From a bacterium HR35 (GTDB lineage Bacteria; Patescibacteriota; Minisyncoccia; UBA6257; HR35): a DNA stretch of 64,000 nt. Numbering within the stretch: the first letter of the stretch is position 1; every line of letters starts with the position of its first letter. A model generated the notes under the pieces. That model saw only the letters and a program-made list of their open reading frames with translations, was not told the origin of the DNA and did no database searches. The translations under genes and the position numbers were made by a program. This document shows, in pieces, positions 1 to 8,407 of this stretch. The DNA lies in the NCBI GenBank assembly GCA_002898235.1, contig BEIL01000003.1:2264-66263 (forward strand), written 5' to 3'.

Positions 1-327
1 ACTGCCTTCGAGGGAGTAATGAACGAGCAACTGGAAAGCCTCATCCTGATCGCCAAGGGGTTAGCAAAAACCGAATCAGAACGCAATGACGTTGACGCTG
101 TTATCCAAGCACATCTCAGCGGCGAAAAGGTAATGGGGCAGTTTAAACAACTTCTGACCCGCATCGTTCAGAACTTCCTCGAGGAGTTTCAAGAAAAGCG
201 AGCGGAGGTTCTGCGGGATCCTTCTTATATCTCGGCTATTCTTGAAAGGGGTGCCGAGATAGCTAAGGATAACGCAGAAGAAACGCTTAGCGCCGCCATG
301 GATGCTTTGCAACTAAAAAGGGGCTAA
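1..327 (+). CDS. trpS: Tryptophanyl-tRNA synthetase, C-terminal fragment; the gene starts upstream of the window (frame 1 is open from nt 1).
   Basis: The translation ...GQFKQLLTRIVQNFLEEFQEKRAEVLRDPSYISAILERGAEIAKDNAEETL matches the conserved C-terminal anticodon-binding helices of bacterial TrpRS, e.g. B. subtilis ...VLDEGAEKANRVASEMV. This stretch is about 50-55% GC, unlike the rest of the window. Confidence 0.6.
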   Translation, partial: TAFEGVMNEQLESLILIAKGLAKTESERNDVDAVIQAHLSGEKVMGQFKQLLTRIVQNFLEEFQEKRAEVLRDPSYISAILERGAEIAKDNAEETLSAAMDALQLKRG

Positions 328-354
328 GAGGTACAAAACTCTTAGCCCCTTTTT
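320..354 (+). terminator. Rho-independent terminator (perfect 11-bp stem ggggctaagag/ctcttagcccc, 8-nt loop, then TTTTT).
   Basis: Hairpin seen directly in the sequence; the trpS stop codon TAA lies inside the 5' arm of the stem. Confidence 0.8.
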
Positions 355-360
355 AAAATT

Positions 361-1551
361 ATGAAAAATTTGCGGTACATAATTAATAATAGAAAAACCA
401 AATTTTATGAAATATTAAAAGAAATAGCACTAGAAGAAAATAGATCCTTTAAAGATATTATAAAAGAGTATAACCAATTACTAAAAGAAAGCAAATTTTC
501 AAATAAAAATTTAAACAAAATAATTAAAAAATTCGGATATACTAAAATTTCCAGAAAATTCAGTTTATATGGGTATAAACTAAATTATAAGTTTTCTCAT
601 TATTATAATTTAGAGATATTTAAAAAAATTCCTCCACAAGAAGTAGCTATCGTAACAGGTTTCGGTCCTACAAATCCACCAACAGCTGGAACTCTAGCAT
701 CTATTTTTAGAGCAATCGAATTGCAAAAAAATACAGGGGTTTATACCCATATAACAATATCGGAATTTGGCGCACTAAATTCTAGACAAAGGCCATTGGA
801 AGAATTAATTCAAAACTCATATAAGTTTATTTCTTTTATTAAAGAATTAGGATTTAATCAGAAAAATGGAGAAATTAGAACCCATAACGACCATGATCAT
901 GCAAGAATATTTTCTCTTGTTGCAAGTGTTTTAACCACTAAAGATCTTTTAAAAAATCTTGAAGTTACTTATAATACCTACAAAAGATTGAATTTATTAG
1001 GTAATGATTTCTCGAGAATGGTTAGCAGAGCTTATGTAATATCAGATATCTTATTACCAATAATCCGGGATAAAAAACGCGGCGTAATAGTACCATTAGG
1101 ATTAGAAGAACATCATCATCCATATCTAGCAAGAATAGTTCTCGAAAGATTGAAATTAAAATATAAAAATTTGATTCGTCAAGATGCAGATGTAGGAGCA
1201 TTATATAATAGAATTATTCCAGGGCTTTTCCCGTATTTTAAAATGTCAAAAAGTATTCCGCAGTCCTCTATTAATTTAGGAGATAATGTTGAAGAATTAC
1301 AAAAAAAAATTATTAATTGTAAAAAAATAGACGAAGAAATTATTTTAAAAATGATGTCTCTGGTTTCTGATTGGGATGAAAATAAATTAAAAAAAGCTGA
1401 AAGGGCATTTAATAATCTAAAAAAAGATTACAGAAGCTGGGTAAAGTTTAAATTTGATTATTTAAATTTTTTCATCAAAATAAAAAATATTTGGGAAAAT
1501 ACGAAGTATCCTAAAAATTTTAATTTACATAAAGAAATTTTTAAAAAATAA
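361..1551 (+). CDS. Class Ic aminoacyl-tRNA-synthetase-fold paralogue (TrpRS-like) with a degenerate HIGH motif, an intact KMSKS motif and an N-terminal extension of about 75 aa.
   Basis: Manual alignment to E. coli TrpRS: IVTGFGPTNPPTAGTLASIF aligns with [21 protein letters not shown], so HIGH/TIGN is replaced by TAGT. VPLGLEEHHHPYLARIV aligns with VPVGEDQKQHLELSRDI, the Trp-recognition region, and is altered. FKMSKS is intact. Confidence 0.6.
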   Translation: MKNLRYIINNRKTKFYEILKEIALEENRSFKDIIKEYNQLLKESKFSNKNLNKIIKKFGYTKISRKFSLYGYKLNYKFSHYYNLEIFKKIPPQEVAIVTGFGPTNPPTAGTLASIFRAIELQKNTGVYTHITISEFGALNSRQRPLEELIQNSYKFISFIKELGFNQKNGEIRTHNDHDHARIFSLVASVLTTKDLLKNLEVTYNTYKRLNLLGNDFSRMVSRAYVISDILLPIIRDKKRGVIVPLGLEEHHHPYLARIVLERLKLKYKNLIRQDADVGALYNRIIPGLFPYFKMSKSIPQSSINLGDNVEELQKKIINCKKIDEEIILKMMSLVSDWDENKLKKAERAFNNLKKDYRSWVKFKFDYLNFFIKIKNIWENTKYPKNFNLHKEIFKK

Positions 1552-1607
1552 AAAAACCTGTCTTTAAATTAATCTCTTAAAAATATACAGCTTAATATTG
1601 TTTTTGC

Positions 1608-2783
1608 TTATTCTAAATTTATAGCGTTCAAGAGGAAATTGAAATTCTTTTTATAATCTAACCCTGATATTACTGAGTAGCATTTTACATTTCTAAATAA
1701 TCTATTTAACTCTCTTTTCATGTTTGCTTCTTCTTTGAATTTATTAAATTTGATTAACTTTCTAAAAAGTTCAGTTGTAGGAGCAAAGCTTATTTCTAAA
1801 AATCTATTTACAATTTTTACTGGGTTTATTTTTTTTATAGCCATTTCTGTTGCGTTTTTTTTAAGGCTGACATCAAGAACGTGGGTTATTGTTTTTCTTA
1901 TTACATTATTTCTTTCTTTACATAAATTTTCGAAGTAGATTGATATTTGTTTTTTCTTACCGAGTTGAAATAATTGTTTTTTAGATTTAATTAAACTGTC
2001 TAAAAAACTATTCTTAATTATAATGCCACATCTATTCAAAAAATCCTTAAACTCAAAATATGTTCCAATCCTTATATTAAAATAATTTCTTACATTATAA
2101 TCAAGGATTTTACCAAATTTAGTTATATAAGTAGTTTCCTCAGTTACAATTTGCCAATTATTCTCTAAGAATAACAAAGAAAAAGTGGTTTTCCCGCTTA
2201 GAGAGGGACCGGTTATTAAAATATTATACTTGCCATTACTTACCAATCCTCCATGAATTGCGTATAAATCCCCACAAGCCAAATATGGTATCAATAACAA
2301 AATATTAATCATTGTTATAGCTTTTTTTTCGTTAGATGTTACAATTAAAGAATAATTTGATTCTGTATTATAAATACAGTAAAGATATTCATAACATTTG
2401 ATAATATAAAATTTTTCATCGTTTGTACATTTAGCTTTTGAAGTTTTATAAGTTGCTTTATTAAATTTTTCAACTTCATAATTTGTTAACCAAGCCGAGT
2501 TTTGAAATAAATATTTTACTTCCCTAAAAATATCTTTGTTATTGGTAATAAATATCTTAATAACTTCATTAAAATTATCTGATTTATTATTTGATTTTTT
2601 AAACAAATTATTAAATACCGAGCATAATTTCTTCAAACTATCAAAATATAGGCTATGATTACAGACAATATCAGTTTTTAAATCACTGCCTTTTAATGCA
2701 AAAGATGAGCAGTTATAATCATGTTTTATTGTTTTAATGCTTTCGTTAAAAATTTTATCAATTTTTATGGTTAAATCCATCAT
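1608..2783 (-). CDS. HPr-kinase/phosphorylase-like P-loop serine kinase (HprK C-terminal-domain family, no HprK N-domain).
   Basis: HGGLVSNGKYNILITGPSLSGKTTFSLLFLENNWQIVTEETTYI matches the HprK pattern H-G-x-L-V...G-V-L-I-T-G-x-S-G-x-G-K-S...L-V-x-D-D. Confidence 0.55.
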   Translation of the reverse strand: MMDLTIKIDKIFNESIKTIKHDYNCSSFALKGSDLKTDIVCNHSLYFDSLKKLCSVFNNLFKKSNNKSDNFNEVIKIFITNNKDIFREVKYLFQNSAWLTNYEVEKFNKATYKTSKAKCTNDEKFYIIKCYEYLYCIYNTESNYSLIVTSNEKKAITMINILLLIPYLACGDLYAIHGGLVSNGKYNILITGPSLSGKTTFSLLFLENNWQIVTEETTYITKFGKILDYNVRNYFNIRIGTYFEFKDFLNRCGIIIKNSFLDSLIKSKKQLFQLGKKKQISIYFENLCKERNNVIRKTITHVLDVSLKKNATEMAIKKINPVKIVNRFLEISFAPTTELFRKLIKFNKFKEEANMKRELNRLFRNVKCYSVISGLDYKKNFNFLLNAINLE

Positions 2784-2801
2784 TTCTCTATTTTTATCAT
2801 T

Positions 2802-3917
2802 TTATATAAGTTTAAATTTTTTTATGATATCATAAGAAAATACTCTTTCAATTAAATCACCATGATGTTTCATTTTAATCTCAGGATTATACTGATCGAA
2901 AATCACGTTAATAAAATCGTCATTGTTTATATAATTTCTGAATTTAAAAACTAGATTTTTAACATTATCTATCTCTAAAATATCTGGAAATATTTCAGAA
3001 ATATAATTTAAAGCAAAAAACACATATTTATCAAAACCGTACTTACAAGAGACTTCCAATATTATATCTAGGTTAATCTTGTTAAAATAAGATTGAATAA
3101 AAGTATATATATCAACGAATTTATATAAGTCTAAAACCTTCCTTTTCTTAATCACGTCTATTAAAGCTGATTCCTTATAGAAGTGAATGCATAATTGAAT
3201 AAATAAATATTCTTTTTTTAAAGTATAAATAAAAAAATTGTTATCAATAGGAATAAGAGTTTTTTCTTTTAAAAAACATTCTACTATTTCGCCATTAGAT
3301 TTATTAGATTCCCAATCTAAAGAAAAATTAACGTCCACATTAATTGTTTTAAGAGTATTTTCATCAACAGTTTTAACAAAAGGAGCTGTCTCGCCTTTAG
3401 TATTCATATATTGTGTAACAACCTCTTGTGGAAATTTTTCAATTGTGTTTTTTTTATAATTATATTTACCCTGAATAAAACCTAATTTATACAAAATATC
3501 TTTTACTTGCAGAATAGAGTTTCTAGATATTAAAATATCAATATCATTAAAAGCTCTAGCTCCAAGAGGATAAATAGTAAAAGAAAAAACGCTTCCCTTT
3601 AAAAATACGTGTTCTATATTTGCTTTTTGTAATTCAGAAGAAATGATTTTAATATATTCTTTTTGTAACATAGCTCGTATATATTGTGCTTGATTAATCA
3701 TATATAAAGTAAAAAAAACAGGAAAATCTAATTTTTCTAAGCATCCTATTGTTTTTAGAGTTTCGTACGCAAGGCCAGCAACGCGATGATAACATAAATA
3801 TCCTAGAATCTCGATCCAATTTAAGTTGTTATCTTCGATTATTTTTAGCAATTCATCTCTATTTCTTTTATTTCCTAATCTTACTAGCTTTAACACTGCT
3901 TCGTATTCTTTTTTCAT
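2802..3917 (-). CDS. Uncharacterised nucleotidyltransferase family protein (PF14907-like).
   Basis: VFLKGSVFSFTIYPLGARAFNDIDILISRNS is the KG..hs..lYP....R...DIDlLV signature of the nucleotidyltransferases that co-occur with HprK-like kinases in RiPP clusters. Confidence 0.5.
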   Translation of the reverse strand: MKKEYEAVLKLVRLGNKRNRDELLKIIEDNNLNWIEILGYLCYHRVAGLAYETLKTIGCLEKLDFPVFFTLYMINQAQYIRAMLQKEYIKIISSELQKANIEHVFLKGSVFSFTIYPLGARAFNDIDILISRNSILQVKDILYKLGFIQGKYNYKKNTIEKFPQEVVTQYMNTKGETAPFVKTVDENTLKTINVDVNFSLDWESNKSNGEIVECFLKEKTLIPIDNNFFIYTLKKEYLFIQLCIHFYKESALIDVIKKRKVLDLYKFVDIYTFIQSYFNKINLDIILEVSCKYGFDKYVFFALNYISEIFPDILEIDNVKNLVFKFRNYINNDDFINVIFDQYNPEIKMKHHGDLIERVFSYDIIKKFKLI

Positions 3918-3938
3918 TAATAATATTATCCATGATTA

Positions 3939-4823
3939 TTAGGTTACTTCAAAGTAATTATTTGCCGTGCAACCGACCTCTAATTGTACAGGGAATTCTT
4001 CGTCTAATCTTTTCCAATCTTCATAAAGAATTTCAAAGTTTTCCGTATCTAAAATTTCATCTATATGATCCTTATTTGAGCTTTTGAATACAATTTCCAC
4101 ACAATCTTGTTGCAAAAGCCATTTAACAGCAATTTGGACATTCGTTTTATTGTACTTTTTAGCAACTTCATCTAACAATTTATAAGTACCTTCAGGATAA
4201 AATGGGTCTGGACATCCTGGATACAGTAAACGAATAGGCCTCCACGCAATAAATCTAATTCTATTTTTTCTACAATAATCAATAATCTTTTTTCTTTGAG
4301 ATTCACGGCATACTAAATTATATTGATTTTGAACTGCGTATACTGGTTTTTTTAATAATTGAGAGTATTTTTTTATAGTATCGATTCCAACATTACTTAA
4401 TCCAATATTCTTTATAAGACCCATATCTAGAAGTTTATTCAGAGCTGCGATTGTTTCATTTATAGGAATTTCTGGATTCTGTTTGTGAATGTAATACACA
4501 TCTATATACGATGTTTGGAGTCTTTCGAGAGATTTCTTACAAGATTCAATAACAGCATCATAAAAAAGATTGTATTCACGAACTTTAGTGGCTATAACAA
4601 GCCTATTTCTAGAAAAGCATTTGATTGCTTCTCCTATCAACATTTCTGTCTTTCCACCCGCATAACTTTCTGAAGTATCTATTTGAAATATACCTTTTTT
4701 AATTGCATATCTAATAGCTTCAACATCCCTCTCGTCATCGTTATTTGGATCAGATGTTACATACCCTCCCATACCAAATGTTCCTAGCCAAATTTTTTGT
4801 TTGTAATAACTTCTTTTAATCAT
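3939..4823 (-). CDS. Aldo/keto reductase family oxidoreductase.
   Basis: Contains DTSESYAGGKTEMLIGEA and NIGLSN; length about 290 aa. Confidence 0.65.
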   Translation of the reverse strand: MIKRSYYKQKIWLGTFGMGGYVTSDPNNDDERDVEAIRYAIKKGIFQIDTSESYAGGKTEMLIGEAIKCFSRNRLVIATKVREYNLFYDAVIESCKKSLERLQTSYIDVYYIHKQNPEIPINETIAALNKLLDMGLIKNIGLSNVGIDTIKKYSQLLKKPVYAVQNQYNLVCRESQRKKIIDYCRKNRIRFIAWRPIRLLYPGCPDPFYPEGTYKLLDEVAKKYNKTNVQIAVKWLLQQDCVEIVFKSSNKDHIDEILDTENFEILYEDWKRLDEEFPVQLEVGCTANNYFEVT

Positions 4824-4894
4824 AATTATATATATTATAATTTTAATTGTTTTGTTTAAATAATTTAAAATTGCAATTTAATCAAATTATTAAA

Positions 4895-6256
4895 CTATTC
4901 ACAAAGCAAAAGCTTGGTTAATCTATTAAATTTTTCAACATCTCCACCAGAATAATAAATCAAATCTTCTATAACCCTAATACCTTCCCCCGAGTTTATG
5001 ACTTCTACTGCTAAATTTGCACCATATTTCAAATCATTAACTATTTCTAAACCTAAAAGATTTAAAGCTACTTCCATAGCTACAACCTGTTTAATACTTT
5101 CATTACTTTTACCAGCCAAAAGTTTAATAAATTCACTTAAATTTTCTATTGTATTTTGTCTACTTTCGATATACTTAATTGGCTTAAAACAAAAACCAAA
5201 ATCTTTCGGAGTAACTGTTTTAATAACTATTTGTCCTTTTATACTTTGAGCAATTTCAGTATTACCATTTATTGATACTTGATCAATAACTGGTTTACCA
5301 TTATAATTTTTACCTTGAATCACAAGTATATTTTTTTTAGGATATAATTTACTCAAGATAGCTAAGCATAATTGTGTTGAACCCCTTGTTAACCCATAAT
5401 TTATTAAATCAGCGTCAATTGGATTAACTATAGCTGCTCCACCAACCAGACCAGCGAAAACTTGCACATCATATAAACGACCATTATAAACTTGATTTAG
5501 CTTTGGTACAATTCTATTAATATCAAATATTCCAACTCCTGTTTTAAGCATAATTTCTATCATTTTTTCTATTGGCAAATTTAAATTTATACCCGCGCTT
5601 TCAAAAATATCGGTAGAACCAGTTACACTTGAAGTAGATCTAGAAGCTGTTTTTGTTATTAAAATATTTTTTCCTAGAACTTTACCTACTGCTGCGGTAA
5701 TAATAGCATTCATAGAACTAATGTTTAGTAATTTAGTTTCTTTTTTACCACTACCAGCTAAATTTATAACTTTGACTTCGCTAGTCAATTTTATCTTTCT
5801 ATCAATATCAAAATTATCTAAACTAAAAGCTGATTTTATTATTGCTAATCCATAATTAACTGCTATTTCTAGATTTTTAGAATTATTCATAAATGACCAT
5901 AAAGCGCCGTAAAAATAACCCATTAAAATATCCCTTTTTTGTGGGTCATTAGGATATGTAAGAATATCTAAAAATAAATTACCTATTTCAAGTGGAGACA
6001 AGATACCTCCATTAAGCAAAAAAACACATTTTTCGAGAATTTCGTTATTAGCAAATTTTCCATAATCTTTATTTGGAAATTCTTTGAATTTCGAAAAGTA
6101 ATACAAAAGGATAATACCTTCATAAACTTTAAAATTGCGATTAGAATTATTAATAAGTTTTAATATTAAATAAGCTTCTGCTTTATTGAAATCTTTACCA
6201 GAAGTTAATTTTTGAGTAAATTTAACGATTTTTTTTATAATATTTTCGTCCATCAT
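4895..6256 (-). CDS. Glycosyl-transferase family 3 fold protein (TrpD / thymidine-phosphorylase-like) with a divergent active site.
   Basis: NLAGSGKKETKLLNISSMNAIITAAVGKVLGK...SVTGSTDIFESAGINLNL aligns with TrpD D-t-c-GTGGDG-NTFNIST-AA-V-AA-G...KHGNR...SGSADVLEALG. The GTGGDG glycine loop is GSGKKE and KHGNR is TKTASR. Confidence 0.45.
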   Translation of the reverse strand: MMDENIIKKIVKFTQKLTSGKDFNKAEAYLILKLINNSNRNFKVYEGIILLYYFSKFKEFPNKDYGKFANNEILEKCVFLLNGGILSPLEIGNLFLDILTYPNDPQKRDILMGYFYGALWSFMNNSKNLEIAVNYGLAIIKSAFSLDNFDIDRKIKLTSEVKVINLAGSGKKETKLLNISSMNAIITAAVGKVLGKNILITKTASRSTSSVTGSTDIFESAGINLNLPIEKMIEIMLKTGVGIFDINRIVPKLNQVYNGRLYDVQVFAGLVGGAAIVNPIDADLINYGLTRGSTQLCLAILSKLYPKKNILVIQGKNYNGKPVIDQVSINGNTEIAQSIKGQIVIKTVTPKDFGFCFKPIKYIESRQNTIENLSEFIKLLAGKSNESIKQVVAMEVALNLLGLEIVNDLKYGANLAVEVINSGEGIRVIEDLIYYSGGDVEKFNRLTKLLLCE

Positions 6257-6263
6257 TAAAATT

Positions 6264-7700
6264 TCAACCTTTAATTACTCCAATTGGAACTAATTTGACT
6301 ATTTTTTTAGCAATGCCAATATTATGAACAACATCAACAACTTCTGACACATCTTTATAAGCTTCTGGTGCTTCTTCAGCAAGACCAGACATACTTCCAG
6401 CAGCAACTGAAATCCCTCTTGCTTCTAATTCTTTTTTTAATTCACTTCCTCTTATTTTTCTTTTTGCTTCTGCTCTGGACATCATTCTTCCTGCGCCATG
6501 TGGAGCTGAACCAAAAGAAATCTTTTTAGCTAATTCTTGGCCAATTAAAACATAACTACTTGTTCCCATTGATCCTGGAATTAGTGTTGGCTGACCAATT
6601 TGACGATATTTTTCAGGAAGCTCAGGGTGCCCTTGCCAAAAAGCCCTAGTTGCTCCTTTTCGATGAACTAATAATTTTTTATTATCGTATTCTTCAATCT
6701 TAACTATATTGTGAGCAATATCATAAACTTGTTTTAATTCAATTTCTTTACCAAAAACTTTTTTAAATGCTTTTCTAACTTCATAAGTAATAAGTTGCCT
6801 GTTAGTAAAAGCAAAATTAGCTGCAGCTTTCATTGCTGCTAAATAATCTTGACCAAGTTCATGACTATAAGGAAAATAAGCTAATTCTCTATCAACTAAA
6901 TCAATTCCTTGTTTATCTAAATATCTTAAAGCTTCTCGAATATAATCAGTGGCAACTTGATGACCTAAACCTCTTGAGCCACAATGAATTAAAACACAAA
7001 CTTTATTTTTTTCTAAACCCAATTTTTTACCAATTTCTTCATCAAAAATTTCAGCTACTCTTTGAATTTCAACAAAATGATTGCCAGCACCAATTGTTCC
7101 TAATTGATCCCTACCCCTATCTTTAGCTGTTTTCGAAACTTTATCAGCTTCAGCTCCTTCAATTTTCCCATAACTTTCAGTTGCTTCTAAATCTTCTTTT
7201 TCAGCATAACCAATTTCATAAAGCCATTTTGCTCCTTCTTCTAAAACTTTTTTCATTTCATCATTATTTAACTTCCAAAAACCTCCTCGACCAACACCAG
7301 AAGGAACCTCTTTAAAAATTTGCTCTGTTAACTTTGGTATTTTATCTTTAATTTCCTCATAATAAAAAGGAGAAACCAAAAGACGAACGCCACAATTGAT
7401 GTCATACCCACAAATCCCAGGAGAAATAATTCCCTCATTTGTATCAAAAGCAGCAACACCTCCCACTGGCGAGCCATAGCCTTCATGGATATCAGGCATT
7501 GCTAAGGAATATTTAAAAATACCAGGTAAAGTGGTTAAATTAACTAATTGCCATAAACTTTTATCTTCTAAAATATCAGCCAACATTTTTTCCGAAGCAA
7601 AAAGACGAGCTGGCACTTTCATATCTTCACGAAAACTTTGAGGAATTTCCCAAATATAATCTGAAATTTTAATTAAATCTTTTTTCTCAGGTTTCTTCAT
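6264..7700 (-). CDS. rtcB: RNA-splicing ligase RtcB.
   Basis: Signatures MPDIHEGYGSPVGGV and GTIGAGNHFVEIQ; 478 aa. Confidence 0.85.
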   Translation of the reverse strand: MKKPEKKDLIKISDYIWEIPQSFREDMKVPARLFASEKMLADILEDKSLWQLVNLTTLPGIFKYSLAMPDIHEGYGSPVGGVAAFDTNEGIISPGICGYDINCGVRLLVSPFYYEEIKDKIPKLTEQIFKEVPSGVGRGGFWKLNNDEMKKVLEEGAKWLYEIGYAEKEDLEATESYGKIEGAEADKVSKTAKDRGRDQLGTIGAGNHFVEIQRVAEIFDEEIGKKLGLEKNKVCVLIHCGSRGLGHQVATDYIREALRYLDKQGIDLVDRELAYFPYSHELGQDYLAAMKAAANFAFTNRQLITYEVRKAFKKVFGKEIELKQVYDIAHNIVKIEEYDNKKLLVHRKGATRAFWQGHPELPEKYRQIGQPTLIPGSMGTSSYVLIGQELAKKISFGSAPHGAGRMMSRAEAKRKIRGSELKKELEARGISVAAGSMSGLAEEAPEAYKDVSEVVDVVHNIGIAKKIVKLVPIGVIKG

Positions 7701-8344
7701 TTTTGATTAGCTAACTCTTTTTCTATTTCTTTTTCTAGAGAATCATAACTAGTTAAAGTTACCAACTTTCTATTAACAAAAAAACTTGGCGTTCCTTGAA
7801 GTCCAAACTTTAAAGCTTCACTCCTTTCATTTAGAATTTTTTCTTTTATTTCTTGGTTTTCAAAATCTTTTTTGAATTTATCTAAATCCAAATTCAGGGT
7901 TTTAGCATAGGAAAGAAAAAGTTCTTTTGGATTCGGAGAATTCTTCCATTCTGCTTGTTTTTCAAAAAGAAGGTTATGCATTTCCCAAAACTTTCCTTGT
8001 TTGCTAGCTGCTTCAGCTGCTTGAGCTGCCATTAATGCCTTAGGATGAATTTCGATTAAAGGTAAATGACGATAAATAAAAACAACTTCATCTTTATACT
8101 TTTCTTTTAGAGATTTCACTCTAGGATAAAAAGACTGGCAAGCTGGACATTCAAAATCTGAATATTCAATTACGACAATTTTTGCCTTATTTAAATCACC
8201 TAAAATGTGATCTGTTTCTCTAGGAAAAACATCATATTCTTTTTTAGCCAAGCGAAAACTGCTAACAAATCCCATAAAAACTAAAGAAAAAATAACTAAA
8301 CCAACAAAAATTGTAAAAAAAATGTTGTTTCTATTTTTATCCAT
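7697..8344 (-). CDS. DsbA-family thiol:disulfide oxidoreductase, membrane anchored.
   Basis: N-terminal TM helix, a thioredoxin-fold CPAC active-site motif (FECPACQSF) and the FIYRHLPL region. Confidence 0.65.
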   Translation of the reverse strand: MDKNRNNIFFTIFVGLVIFSLVFMGFVSSFRLAKKEYDVFPRETDHILGDLNKAKIVVIEYSDFECPACQSFYPRVKSLKEKYKDEVVFIYRHLPLIEIHPKALMAAQAAEAASKQGKFWEMHNLLFEKQAEWKNSPNPKELFLSYAKTLNLDLDKFKKDFENQEIKEKILNERSEALKFGLQGTPSFFVNRKLVTLTSYDSLEKEIEKELANQK

Positions 8345-8407
8345 TTTAAGAATAATTATAACAAAATTGCTTTCTTAAATCATCGGTTTTATAATAAAAC
8401 AAAAAGT

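Noticed and set aside
1720-1938. 72-aa ORF antisense within the HprK-like kinase gene, briefly considered as a RiPP precursor peptide
   Set aside because: It is fully antisense-embedded in a well-supported CDS, and it has low-complexity F/L/I-rich composition with no leader/core organisation.
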